Assembly (NCBI RefSeq): GCF_022045235.1
Contig: NW_027266266.1
Coordinates: forward strand, 35,340,001 to 35,404,000
Source of the DNA: Haliotis cracherodii
Lineage: Eukaryota
Reading direction: 5' to 3'
Length of the DNA: 64,000 bases
Shown: positions 39,335 through 51,990 of the stretch, in pieces
Layout: every line of letters begins with the position of its first letter
Position numbering within the stretch: the stretch's first letter is position 1
The notes under the pieces: model-generated
What the model was told of the DNA's origin: nothing
The model's input: the letters and a program-made list of their open reading frames with translations, nothing else
The model's database searches: none
Made by a program: the position numbers and the translations under genes

Positions 39335-39822
39335 CTGACTGTCTGGTCAAGGGGTTGACAATTACCTGTCTGTATGGTCAAGGGGTTGACAATTACCTGT
39401 CAGTATGGTCAAGGGGTTGACAATTACCTGTCTGTATGGTCAAGGGGTTGACAATTACCTGTCTGTATGGTCAAGGAGTTGACTCTTACCTGTTTTTTTC
39501 TGGTCAGGGGGGTTGATAACTACCTATCTGCATAGTCATGGTTTTGACTCCAAACCTGACCGCTTGATCAGAGGGTTGACTCCTACTAATGTCTGTATAG
39601 TCAGGGGGTCGAGTCGTACCTGTCTATTCAGAGGGTTGAGTGACCTACCTGTCTGTTCAGGGGGTTGAGTCCTACCTGTCTGTTCAGGGGGGTTGAGTCC
39701 TACCTGTCTGTTCAGGGGGATCAGATCCTACCTGTCTGTTCAGGGGGATCAGATCCTACCTGTCTGTTCAGGGGGTTTGAGTCCTACCTCAGGGGGATCT
39801 GTATCGGTCTGTTCAGGGGGTT
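39335..39822. repeat. Degenerate 28-31-bp tandem repeat
   Basis: TACCTGTCTGTATGGTCAAGGGGTTGACAAT grading into CCTACCTGTCTGTTCAGGGGGGTTGAGT. Confidence 0.85.
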
Positions 39823-40639
39823 TGGTTGAGACCAAGCATAGTTTGTGAAGATGCTGCTTGTGGTCCAGGGTTCCAAGTGATTTCTACCCCTCATTAGTGA
39901 AAATGAAATGCAGAGAACTGCAGCCTTCACTTCATAAAGTTATGTCAGTTGTGGTGGAAAGAAACAAATAAAATATAATAAAAAAAAGTTTTGGGAATGT
40001 CTAGCAAGATCAGCAGCTCTTGCTCAACCTCCATGATGCCATGACACTCAATGCATAACAAGCCAGTGATGAGAAATGATAGTGCTGGATGAGGTGGTGG
40101 TGAACAGATTATAAACAGCCTACCAGGGAATCATTTGTACCAATGCCAAGATCACTTTTGGTGTTGGGAATGATGTTCTCGAATCTCCCCATTCATAAAC
40201 TACGTACATAAAAGAGAAAATGTACTTTGGTAGATGTTATGATACAAGCAATCTGTATGTTAAAACGTAAGTGAATGTTGCATCAGGGCTTCCTGTGCTC
40301 ACTCCACTTTCGTTTGTTTGTTTGTTAGTGGCTGGACTTTGATTTATCCCACTGAAGACCTTAGGATTGACATGTTTGTTAAAGAGAACATCCTTATCAG
40401 GGTTTGAAATTCCTTGACTTTCAGTGACAAAGGCACGGTTAAAATAGCAATAGTATGATTAAAATAGGTTCCCAGTGCCCGAAGGGCTCACTTATTAATA
40501 ATTTGCTTGGATGTCATCACAAAATCTATGACGGATTGCACCTAAGTGGTAAACATCTGCTGGTTGTGTCTGGTGACAGTGGGCTTTCCTCTTACTTTCC
40601 TGATTTGTAAAATAACAACTGATGAAAGCAGGGTGTTAA

Positions 40640-40698
40640 TCTCACTCTCTCTCACTCACTCACTCACTCACTCACTCACTCACTCACTCACTCACTCA
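40640..40698. repeat. (ACTC)n microsatellite
   Basis: About 13 units; a shorter run lies at 36179-36210. Confidence 0.9.
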
Positions 40699-41597
40699 TG
40701 TATAAGTGGCTGTTTGTTTGCTCAGCCGATGAAATTCTTGTGGGGCTGAGTTAAAAGTGAATAACAAGCTTAGAGTACAAATTGTGCCCTAGGTTTTGAC
40801 ATGTTGTTCATATCAGGTCAAAAGTTTTGTTTACAGTAATATTTCATTCCATGCTTGATGTCAACTGATGACATAAGCCTGACTCCCCTGCATTAATCAG
40901 TCCACAGGAGTCAGGATACTCACTGTAGGTCTCATGAGTTGGGTACAAAATGTCCCATTTAGAATAAACAATTTTGATACACGTATAAAACGATCTGGTC
41001 AGGTATACACTGCAGTTTGTATTGAATCTTCACCCAAAACATATAAACATCCGAAGGAATGCGTGTATGGCCAGAAATACATGAGAGCATTATCAACCAT
41101 GTGGGCAGCCATGGAGTTATAGTAGGGATTTTTTCTCAGTATACAATATATCATGATATATCAAGTAACTAAGAATGGGTCCGGGTAGTCCTGTGGGTAC
41201 CCGGGTCCTGGTCAGTACCTACCTGACCCAAGTTACCAGTGCCAGTCCATGTACAAATAAAACAATAAATATAAATGCGTAAATGAGATTTTGATGTGGC
41301 CAGTAAATAATTTTGTGGGAAGTGTTTGGTGGATCAAGTGAACAGCTGGAGGTGGTGTGTGTTCAATGATGGGCGGACTGTAAGGCTGTCAGGGCAGAGT
41401 GCAGCCACACTGCAGGGTATGTGCTTTTTGGATGTGGTCTTCAAGTTGCAGTGTTTCAACATGAGGCTGTAGTGCAGGGTTACAGACAGATATGTTCGTC
41501 AGATGAGCGTGACTTAATTGTCTCCAAGTGTCAGTGTATCACCGGTTATGTTACTTACGTAGGGTAGCTGAAAAGCTCTGAGTTTACAAACTGTTTT

Positions 41598-41757
41598 NNN
41601 NNNNNNNNNNNNNNNNNNNNNNNNNNNNNNNNNNNNNNNNNNNNNNNNNNNNNNNNNNNNNNNNNNNNNNNNNNNNNNNNNNNNNNNNNNNNNNNNNNNN
41701 NNNNNNNNNNNNNNNNNNNNNNNNNNNNNNNNNNNNNNNNNNNNNNNNNNNNNNNNN
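41598..41757. other. Assembly gap (160 N)
   Basis: Run of N. Confidence 1.
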
Positions 41758-41765
41758 TTTTTATA

Positions 41766-43171
41766 CTCAGTAACAAAAGTTTAGCAACACCCAAATCTTG
41801 AGCATTATTTGAAAATGAGAAAATATCAGAAACGGACTAATGCACTGACTTCACGAAGAGAACATATCGCACCAATATACCAAGTTACGCTGATTTTTAG
41901 TGACATCTTCATTTACACGTGCATTTCACGTGATTTTATTCACATAGGGACTCCTGTGAATCTCGTCTCATGAATCGCTATAAAACCTCGATGAAACGTT
42001 AGTGGCACTCATTGTTGAAAGGAAAACGCTGGATACAGCACCATTTCCCGTCTACAGACACATGTTGCACAGACTGGGACCGTGAAAGATCGAGCTCGCA
42101 GCGGTAGACCCCGTAAAACCACAGCAAAGGAAGATCGCTACATTGTGACGTCATCACTCCGTAATTGACTAAACAGTGCACCAGAACTTGCTCAAGCATT
42201 TCATCGCGCAACTGGAACACGTTTACATGCACAGCTTATCCGTTATCGCCTACTTTCAGCAGGTTTGCTGGCTCGACGTCCACTTCGACGCATCCCCTTA
42301 ACGCCACGTCACATCCAAGACCGAGTCGCCTGGACACAGATCCATCAAAGATGGCGCCATGCACAATGGAGACAAGTGTTATTCACAGATGAATCCCGCT
42401 TCTGCCTTTGGTTTGTGGATGGAAGAGCCCGCGTATTGTGATGAGGTAGAGAGAGATTTGACCCTAATAACGTCATTCAACATGATCGATATGGTCGAGG
42501 AAGTGTAACGGTTTGGGGAGGAATACACTGGGGTGGGAAAACAGACCTCATTGTGCTGAACAGCACTCTGACTGCCCAACGGTACTGCGATCAGGTGATA
42601 ACGCCAGTGGTTCTACCGTTCATGAGAGCTCACCCTGGACACATCTTCCAACAAGACAATTTGTGCCCCCACACAGCTCGACTGTCTCAGAATCTGCTGC
42701 AACAACACAACGTTGATGTCCTCCATTGGCCGGCTAGATCTCCAGATCTTGCTCCTATTGAACACGCCTGGGATATCCTTGGGAGACGTTTCAGAAGGAA
42801 CCATCCTAACGTCAACAACATTCGTGACCTTGGCCTTGCCCTCCAACAAGCATGGGCAACCATCACTCTTGGTGAGATCAGGAAGCTCATTAGAGGAATG
42901 CGTAAACGTTGTGTGGTGGTACAACAGGTCGGTGGGCGTCACACTCGTTACTGAGGGATAGTAACAGTCATGTGTGAAAATGGTCAACAAACCCCCTTGT
43001 CCTTTGAGTGACTTTTCCTAATCTCTCCTATTGCTGTCACAACTGTGTCGAACATTCATGAATGTCACATTGAACAACACAATGGTCAAGATATTAAAAA
43101 AAAACATTTCTCTTTTGAGTTTTCTTTTTTTGTGTATTTAAATATGGTGTGGCTAAACTTTTGTTACTGAG
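41766..43171 (+). mobile_element. Tc1/mariner DNA transposon (Tc1, DD34E), inactive
   Basis: 26-bp TIRs CTCAGTAACAAAAGTTTAGC(A/C)ACACC at 41766-41791 and 43146-43171, flanked by TA. Confidence 0.92.
42031..42954 (+). pseudogene. Tc1 transposase pseudogene
   Basis: One frame: STISRL..RSGRPRKT..EDRYIV..WRQVLFTDESRF..VWGGI..FQQDN-(34 aa)-SPDLAPIEHAW..HTRY*. In-frame TGA at 42166, 42439 and 42442; N-terminus and ATG missing. Confidence 0.9.
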
Positions 43172-43260
43172 TATGTTATGTTGATTGTGTTGACATTGCC
43201 AGTGATTAACACTGACCCTCTATTCACCACTATTCACCTCTATTCATCTCTGAATCACCT

Positions 43261-43531
43261 GACCCCTGAAGATAGGGGGTAGAATAGATCTTCAGCAACT
43301 CATGCTTGCCATAACAGGCGACTTAGGATGCTTGTCATATAAGAGGCGACTAACGGGATTGGGTGGTCAGGCTCGCTGACTTTGTTGATGCATGTCATCG
43401 ATCCCAATTGCGAGGATCGATGTTCATGATGTCAAACACTGGATTGTCTGGTCCAGACTCTAATCTACAGACAGCTGCCATATAGCTGGAATATTGCTGA
43501 TTGTGGCGTTAAACAACAAACAACAACACCA
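43261..43531 (+). mobile_element. SINE-B, full-length with TSD
   Basis: TSD ctga(a/c)tcacct at 43250-43260 and 43532-43542; starts GACCCCTGAAGAT. Confidence 0.88.
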
Positions 43532-44044
43532 CTGACTCACCTTGACATTGTCTATATGTAAGCCCTGGTAAGCTCACAGCAAATAAAGGTGACTTATGTA
43601 ACTGTAACTTGGCTATTTGTCTTTTCAAACTGGACCGACACAGAGAGGTTGGTTCCCAGGTCGGGACTGGTTGTGAATAGAAGTGCCATGTCGGCAGTGT
43701 TTTGAAACTTAAATTGAATATGTTATGTTGGCAATATTTGAATGACAAACTTTGTGCTTCAAATAGATTATGATGGATCAGGTGCAATGACAAAATTCAA
43801 TGGATCTGATTGAGACAAGAGAGAATATTTTAACGTGAAGTAAGATTTTTTAATTGTATTCACAGATGTGCTCATGATTGTTGTGTCTTGTGATGTTTGA
43901 TTAGACTGCCAGAATCAAATTGTTTTTAGTTATCTTGTGTGATCTGTATTTGTTGTGTATGGTGACTGTCCAATGGATCCACTTGTAACAAAGGGTGTAC
44001 AGTACACCCTTGATAGTTTGCATCTATAAGTATGTTACTTTCCG

Positions 44045-44280
44045 TGAGACTGCCTCCATGGTCTAGTGGTAGAGCGTCCGCCTGGAGAGCAGAAGGCCCG
44101 GGGTTCGATCCCCTGGCCACAACATACCAAAAGAGGTTAAAAGATGATACTTTTTGTTACCCTGCCTGGAGCTCGGCATTCAGGGGCTAAAACAAGGACT
44201 GGTCGGCTCGGAGTCAGTATGCTGTGTCTGAGTGGGTTATTCATGTTAAACTGCAGCATGGTGTCTGAATGGGCTTGCTT
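44045..44280 (+). mobile_element. SINE-D: tRNA-headed SINE with Meta(MESC)-domain-like body, 3' truncated
   Basis: A box tggtctagtgg, B box ggttcgatcc, then cataccaaaagaggttaaaagatgatac..ccctgcctggagctcggcatt..gactggtcggctcggagtcag, which resembles the MetaSINE central domain as recalled. Confidence 0.65.
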
Positions 44281-44504
44281 GGCTGAGAATTTACATTGTT
44301 TGAAGCAGATCCAGCTGATTTTGTTCAGCGATGTGTAACCCTGGATGTGTCTTGGGTTCACCACTATCAAGAAGAGGCTAAACAGTCAAAGCAGTGGAAA
44401 CATCTAATGGGTCTCAGATTATGTTGAAAAATAATTAGCGACCAACTCAATCAGTGCAGTCCATCAAAGGCTCAGAACTTTTCAGCCGCCCCTTGTAGTT
44501 GCTA

Positions 44505-44942
44505 CATAGAGATTATTATATGAGGATGTGTGTCATACTGATTTTATTAAACAAGTGTCAGAATTCTTGTATTTCCCAAGCGAGAGCAAGGATAAAACAT
44601 AAATTCTTTCACAATATTTTTGAAATCCGTAGGACATACATTTCTTTATTACACATTATTTCTCAATCCTTTTGAGCTCCCCTTTTGGAAAATGCACTGA
44701 TTTCAACCTCTGTCTTAGAAAAACACAATTGTCAAATGATGTCAACATGTAGTCTTCAGCCATGACGTCGTTTCTATGATCATTATGGTATCATTGCGAC
44801 CTTACACATTGAGACTGGAATGATGTCAACCGTGAAGTCTGACTGACGTAAATGATACACTGGTGCGCAAGAAGTGATATTTGCACTAGTGCAAATACGA
44901 TTTTTATGAACTCAATTACTTCCAACCCATGTGTAATAAATA
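44505..44942. mobile_element. Possible degenerate non-autonomous DNA element (Crypton-like appearance)
   Basis: 12-bp inverted repeat tttattacacat (44645-44656) / atgtgtaataaa (44929-44940) and palindrome tttgcactagtgcaaa. The family assignment is only an impression. Confidence 0.3.
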
Positions 44943-45936
44943 AATATATCCAAGTTGAAGTGACTTGAATAAGGGGAGATAGAATCTAGGAGTCATTATA
45001 ACATGCTGCATATTTTGAATCCGAAGCACAATTCAGCATGAAAATAATGAACCAAAAGTGTTCTTATTTTGCCTTGACAATTCTGAAAAGATAAGAAATG
45101 CAAGTCGTCAACATGATGAAAGCTCTTATGATTAGAATGAAAAAGATAAAAAAAAATTCTGTTACAGTCCCTTGGATCTTCTGTGGGAACTTGTGTTGAC
45201 TTATAAATATGTTCCATCAAATATGACTCATCCAAAATATTAAGATAATTTGTTTGAAAATTATGGGAACTCCGCACGCTTCCAGGCTGATGTAGAGCCC
45301 TGCCGCAGACACAACTCACTCCGCCCACACGAAGTGCTCTGCTGCATAGTTTTGCATACACTCAACTTAATGTTTGTGTGACTGACCATGCTGACAAGGT
45401 TTCATAAAACTAGGTCATTCAGATAATAATCTTAAAGACAGTCAGCATGACATGTAATATTGCTGACTCAGATGAAACAATAATTGATCTTTATTGCACT
45501 TTGAACTGATCTTATGACTTTGGAACAAAATGTATCTTCATGTCTCTTATCAACTTGATCCAGTGAAATTGCTTGAGGCAAATCAAAAGTGATTTGTTGG
45601 TTCCTTTGGGTATACTTGTTTCTAATGTAGAACCTATATGTCACCACCACAATACTGTTTTCAGAGCGTTTATGTAATCATGGTGACAAATAATGATAAG
45701 TTTATTTAACCTTGTAGAAAAATAATACTTTGTGATATGATTTTCAATTTAGTTTTATTCTTGAACACATTCCTGTGTAACAAGTATACTCAGGATGTTC
45801 GTATATAATGTGTATAAAAAAGTCTTGATGTAATTGCGGATTTGTGAGTAGCACACCTGATATCTTACTGTGTGTCTACAAGGCGTGTCTCTCATTTTTT
45901 ACCCCCTCAGCGACTGCAGTCTTATTGGGTTTTCTG

Positions 45937-46074
45937 GGGGTCAGTCGGGTAGCCTAGTGGTTAAATCATTCATTTGTCACCCCGAAGACCCGGGTTTGAT
46001 TCCCAACCTGGTGTCCCCCGACGTGATTTTGCTGGAATATTGCTAAAAGTGGCGTAAAACCATACTTACTCACT
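45937..46074 (+). mobile_element. SINE-A, internally deleted
   Basis: tcgggtagcctagtggttaaa..gacccgggtttgattccc..gctggaatattgctaaaagtggcgtaaaaccatac. Confidence 0.8.
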
Positions 46075-46089
46075 CTTATCAGGGCCTTG

Positions 46090-46511
46090 GTGGCTGAGAA
46101 ACCGATGACCATTGGTTTGAATCCTGGTTCACCCTGTTTATGTATATAGATTTATGAGCACCGTACATGTGTTAGTGGGTTTCACCAAGGTGGTAAATGT
46201 CTAAGACCTTAGGTGTACCAGAATCCTTAGATCCTGTGTTGGAATCCCAGATTCTGTCTGATTACAATTCTTGATTTGTCAGCTCCATACACTTGCTCAT
46301 CGCTTAAACTAAAATTGTAATTATCTGTCAAACCGTAGGTTTTCCTTCAACATTATGCTGACATACCATGATGCCATTCATTTGTCTGGTCCAAACTCCA
46401 GAGACCTGTGATAATGTGTGAGGAAAACCAGCGTTCGAACCCACTAACATGACACGCCATGATATAACTGGGGTACTGTTCAAAGCAGCATTAAACCAAC
46501 CCAACTCACTC
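46090..46511 (+). mobile_element. Two fused or partial SINE-C copies
   Basis: ggtttgaatcc..gtgggtttcaccaaggtggtaaatg; ..gccatgatataactggggtactgttcaaagcagcattaaaccaacccaactcactc. Confidence 0.6.
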
Positions 46512-47409
46512 CCTCAACTATTTTACAGGTTGCCCTCATAGTGGAACTCAAACAACAAACAAAATACTGTTGAAACACTTTTAATACCAAAACACTCACT
46601 CTCACATTTTAAAACTTGTGTCACTCATGAAACTCCATCCCCCCTAAAGATGACAGTGGCAATGTTAGTTACTGTATGCTAAATTGTTCAATGATCAAAC
46701 TGTGGGAGTCAGGTCATCCAGACAAACATGTAGTTTGCTCGAAATATTACTTAAATATTGGAGGTATTGTGTTTCCTCTGATCAGGACAGACCAATCCTG
46801 TTCTTGTTTCACAAAAAAACTTACTTAGTATGACACAAACTTAAGAATGTATTTTTATTGAAAATTTACTTATTTAAAGAACATTTTCTTTTTAGTAAAT
46901 TATTAAAACTTGAATTGTGAGGTTTTTTTGAGAAAAGGAAATAATTTTGGACTACTATTTAAAAATGTGTATCTCCTTTGCCTATCCATATTGGACAAGA
47001 AATTCCTAACAACAAACATGAATTGCTATGTCCTAATGCAGTATACTTAGAGAGTTCCCTGTGATCTAGTAGGGAGTAACTGTACCATGACGGTTACTGG
47101 TTTGCGGGATGCTGGCGATGTTATCATGTTCACTGAAACAGGACTGCAGATAATGCTACGTCAACTATCATTGTCCATACTGCCATTATCAAATTTTCTG
47201 GAACAGTTGCCCGCCCACCTCATATTGCTACTGCTTTACTGAACACAATGAACATAGTCATTTAGTAAACACTGAATGTGACAATGTTTGTATCGGTGGC
47301 ACACAACAAGGACTGTGTGGAACACTTGACAGAGCCTGCACAGCTTCTAACCCTGAATGTTATTGTATATGTTGTTGTTGGTGGTGGATATCTAGTGATT
47401 CAGTGATAC

Positions 47410-48840
47410 CTGGATGTGAATAGGTAGACAACACAGGTGTGTAAAGGCCCTTGTAGTGAATAGGTAGACAACACAGGTGTGTAAAGACCCTTGTAGTGAA
47501 TAGGTAGACAACACAGGTGTGTAAAGACCCTTGTAGTGAATAGGCAGGTAACACAGGTGTGTAAAGACCCTTGTAGTGAATAGGTAGACAACACAGGTGT
47601 GTAAAGACCCTTGAAGTGAATAGGCAGGTAACACAGGTGTGTAAAGACCCTTGTAGTGAATAGGTAGACAACACAGGTGTGTAAAGACCCTTGTAGTGAA
47701 TAGGCAGGTAGCACAGGTGTGTAAAGACCCTTGTAGTGAATAGGCAGGTAACACAGATGTGTAAAGACCCTTGTAGTGAATAGGCAGGTAGCACAGGTGT
47801 GTAAGGACCCTTGTAGTAAATAGGCAGGTAACACAGGTGTGTAAAGACCCTTGTAGTGAATATGCAGGTAACACAGGTGTGTAAAGACCCTTGTAGTGAA
47901 TATGCAGGTAACACAGGTGTGTAAAGACCCTTGTAGTGAATAGGCAGGTAACACAGGTGTGTAAAGACCTTTGTAGTGAATATGCAGGTAACACAGGTGT
48001 GTAAAGACCCTTGTAGTGAATAGGCAGGTAACACAGGTGTGTAAAGACCCCTGTAGTGAATATGCAGGTAACACAGGTGTGTAAAGACCCTTGTAGTGAA
48101 TAGGTAGACAACACAGGTGTGTAAAGACCCTTGTAGTGAATAGGTAGACAACACAGGTGTGTAAAGACCCTTGAAGTGAATAGGCAGGTAACACAGGTGT
48201 GTAAAGACCCTTGTAGTGAATAGGTAGACAACACAGGTGTGTAAAGACCCTTGTAGTGAATAGGCAGGTAGCACAGGTGTGTAAAGACCCTTGTAGTGAA
48301 TAGGCAGGTAACACAGGTGTGTAAAGACCCCTGTAGTGAATATGCAGGTAACACAGATGTGTAAAGACCCTTGTAGTGAATAGGCAGGTAACACAGATGT
48401 GTAAAGACCCTTGTAGTGAATAGGCAGGTAGCACAGGTGTGTAAAGACCCTTGTAGTGAATAGGCAGGTAACACAGGTTTGTAAAGACCCTTGTAGTGAA
48501 TAGGTAGACAACACAGGTGTGTAAAGACCCTTGAAGTGAATAGGCAGGTAACACAGGTGTGTAAAGACCCTTGTAGTGAATAGGTAGACAACACAGGTGT
48601 GTAAAGACCCTTGTAGTGAATAGGCAGGTAGCACAGGTGTGTAAAGACCCTTGTAGTGAATAGGCAGGTAACACAGGTGTGTAAAGACCCCTGTAGTGAA
48701 TATGCAGGTAACACAGGTGTGTAAAGACCCTTGTAGTGAATAGGCAGGTAAAACAGGTGTGTAAAGACCCTCGTAGTGAATAGGCAGGTAGCACAGGTGT
48801 GTAAAGACCCTTGCAGTAAATAGGCAGGTAACACACAGGT
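47410..48840. repeat. 40-bp minisatellite, ~36 copies, with a 360-bp higher-order duplication
   Basis: Unit GTAAAGACCCTTGTAGTGAATAGGCAGGTAACACAGGTGT; block 48121-48360 recurs near-identically at 48481-48720. Confidence 0.95.
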
Positions 48841-48870
48841 GTTGAGTGATTGAGGCAGCACAAGTGTGTG

Positions 48871-49112
48871 TTGTTGGTTTGTTGTTTAACGCCACATTCA
48901 GCAATATTCCAGCTGTATGACTGCAGTCTGTAAATAACCGAGTTTGGACCATAAAATCCAGTGATTGACAACATGAGCATCGATCCACGCAATTGGGATA
49001 CGATGACATGCATCAACCACGTCAGCGAGTCTGACCTCCCGATCCTGTTAGTCGCCTTTTATGGCAAGCATGGGTTGCTGAAGACCTATTCTACCCCGGA
49101 TCTTCACGGGTC
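48871..49112 (-). mobile_element. SINE-B, full-length, minus strand
   Basis: Reverse complement starts GACCCGTGAAGATCCGGGGTAGAATAGGTCTTCAGCAACCC; TSD gtgtgtg at 48864-48870 and 49113-49119. Confidence 0.88.
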
Positions 49113-51538
49113 GTGTGTGATGTGATCTCATTAACATGGGTGTAGAGTGATGTTAGGGACACAGGTGTTTATGATGATATTGGTGAGCCAAGAAGAGATA
49201 TCGGGGGTACACTCATCTGCAGTATCATATCACATTGATAAACATCCGTTGGAGTGTTTTAGTGTCACAGGAGATTGACAAGTGGGCTGTACATGAGCAT
49301 ATCTTGTTCATGTTGTCTTTATATGCTAATGAAGTTGTTATCTGATGTTTGCAATTCAAGTCAGTAGCATATCAGACTGTATTGTGGACTGTTACTCCTG
49401 AACAGTATGACAGTGCCCTGATTGTTTGGTGATCTAAATGTTTATGTGCTGTGTTGAGCATGTTGAGTGTATGGAGGCGTAACGGCATTTAGTCACCACC
49501 CAAGACCATGTTCACAAAGGGGCTATTTACATTTCAGGGTTTACAGATTTTTGTGTGAAAATACTGAACTGTAGGGAAGGACAGATTTATTTCTCTCTCA
49601 ATATTTCCTTATATTAGGGTGAAATGAGATAATAAAATCAGTTTTTAAAGGTATCTCACCTTGATTCCCAAATGTATTGGAAGGACACATCTTCCCAAGG
49701 CAAGGGAGTTAACTGATTTGAAAAGTCCAGTTTCCACCCTTGCTAAACTAGGCTGGAATTATGGAGTTACCCGTTTTGTCAAAATATATATCTTGATTGT
49801 CAATCAGATCATCTTGGCTGGGCTGCCATTTTGTTTGAAGCAAATGCAAGTGACATGAGAGGTGGAATCTGACTGGTCAATAGTAGAGGCTACGATAATA
49901 GTAGAGGCTAGAGGTAGTGCTACGAGAGAGACCAGAAATTCCTGTCTGGTTCGACAAGGGTGGAAGTTTTGACTTTGACAGTCAATTATCTCCCTTTACT
50001 TTGGAAGATGGCAAGGCCATTGCTGGTGTTTGTGGGGACAGGCCATGGAGTTGCTTCATGGTTGGGGAGGTGGGTGTGTTAGCCTAGTGGTTAACGCGTT
50101 AGCTCCCAAGCAACCCATGCTCGCTGCTCATACTGTCGACCACCTGTTTGTCTGGTTCGACATTGTTTGCAGGCTGCTTAAGGGTGTAGTTGGAATATTG
50201 CTGACTGCAGCATATAAGAATCCAATTTGGTCAATATATTGGTAACATCTTTAGCCTGCTACTATTGTATGGGTAACAGCTGCAGGATATCTGTAGTGTA
50301 TTGTTTATTTAATGGCGATTATACTGCCGGGATAGGTATTGTGTTTTGACAAAGTGTTTCAAAGCAAAGATCTTTTTTAGTTTTGTAAGTTTATAGATTC
50401 TGCTGTGGTGATGAGGTAAAGTACATAAAGAATTTTGTATCATTTCTTCTGAGGGGGTCGTTCTGTTGCATCTCCTCTGTTCACATTACTTCAGAAAAGC
50501 CCCTGTTTCATTTCGTGAAGCATTTCTTAGCACATGCAGCAGCTTATCAACAGAATATAGTTATTACTGTGCAGGTACGATAACCAGCCAACCACAATTA
50601 AAGGTTGTCATCAACTGTGACAGGCATGTTTCCAGGTGTAATGTATCACATGACATGAATACATCATGTTATATTACAGTGCAGCTACGTATGGGCGGCC
50701 ATTCGGTCAAAAAATACGAAGTTGAAATAAAGGACAAAAGTATGCAATAATAGTCAATTTTTACGAATAAAATATTCAATGTTACTATAAAGGTAAAAAT
50801 ACAAAACAAAAACAAACACACTCCGGTAAAAAAATACAAAGTTAAAATATAGGTCAAAAGTACGCAAGATAATAGATGTTACGAAAAGATGTCATATGTA
50901 AAGAAAGAACAATGTATACTAAAGAATGTCAGTGCACACGAAAGGACTAAACTGCTAAAGGAGGTTGTAAAACATTCTGACTTTAATCAGCTTGTTCCGC
51001 TGTGTATATGACAGCTGCATGCGGAGATGCATAATGTCCACAAACAAATAGAGAAGCCAACTCTCAACATGCTTAAAGATAGGAACATGTGCCTATATTT
51101 TCTAGTGGTTTTAATATTATGCATATTTCATGTATTAAGCAACAATGCAATATGTATGAAAATATGTCATCTGAAATGCAAAAGCTAACGATTTGAATGA
51201 TGGCTTGTTTGTTTTACATCTTACGTGCCATCATCTAAATGCACACATGGCAGAAAATTTAAAAAATTGAACATTCTGTGGTATATGTCTTTCACATGAG
51301 CATGCAACTGAAGTGTTAATAATGAGAAAATACTTTGAAGATTAACAGTCAAGAGTTGCATCCCTTTGCTGAACCTGGCAGGATGAGATGTTTCTGTGTA
51401 AGATTCTACTGATTATCATCCTTGGTTCGTCAGCACTCTACCAATGCTTGTGCTTCTCACCACAGTTAATGATTCCATTTTTCAATGAACTTGACGTGAT
51501 GTGAAACTAGCTCTAGTGCATTCTTGTTCTATTTTCAG

Positions 51539-51640
51539 TCCATGAAGCCCAAGTCAGGGTTGTTCTGTTTACTCATAACTGATGCAAGGGAGACAACTGC
51601 ACTAGAGATGCCGGATCATGAAAATTCTTTTGTGATGAAG
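51539..51640 (+). CDS. SH2B: SH2B exon 2 (PH domain)
   Basis: ttttcag|TCC...AAG|gtaaga; SMKPKSGLFCLLITDARETTALEMPDHENSFVMK ('R.TT.LEMPD.EN.FV.K' is the SH2B PH motif); 102 nt. Confidence 0.93.
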
Positions 51641-51990
51641 GTAAGAATAAGATTAACATTTTTGTCATTCAGTGAGGGCCATGATCTGTATTGATTATCA
51701 TGTGTGTGTTGTAGTTGAATACTTTGATAAACATGATAAAGGAATATTTGATCAGGTGACGGAATTGGGAAAAAAGTATTGTTGATCCTGTCCAAATTAA
51801 TCTAAATGCAGCAAAACCCATGCATTGAATAAAATGATGTCACAAGAGCAGCACAGCAGTATCTGGTTATGGGTATCCATATATTCACCCTGACCGACCT
51901 ACCCTTTACTCATGACTTCCATCACAATGACCTTTTCCTCAACAAGAAGCTTATTTAGAGCTGCATCTCTTTGTTTTGCCAGGGGGATAT

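Noticed and set aside
41555-41794. ORF spanning the N run
   Set aside because: Artefact of the assembly gap.
44045-44125. Possible tRNA gene (also 58045-58120, 7895-7965)
   Set aside because: A and B boxes are present but there is no proper acceptor stem or terminator; each continues into a SINE body, and the SINE-A copies have tails and TSDs.
47360-49016. Three overlapping 489-549 aa minus-strand ORFs
   Set aside because: They are translations of a 40-bp repeat lacking stops on that strand in all frames, starting inside a SINE; no coding signature.
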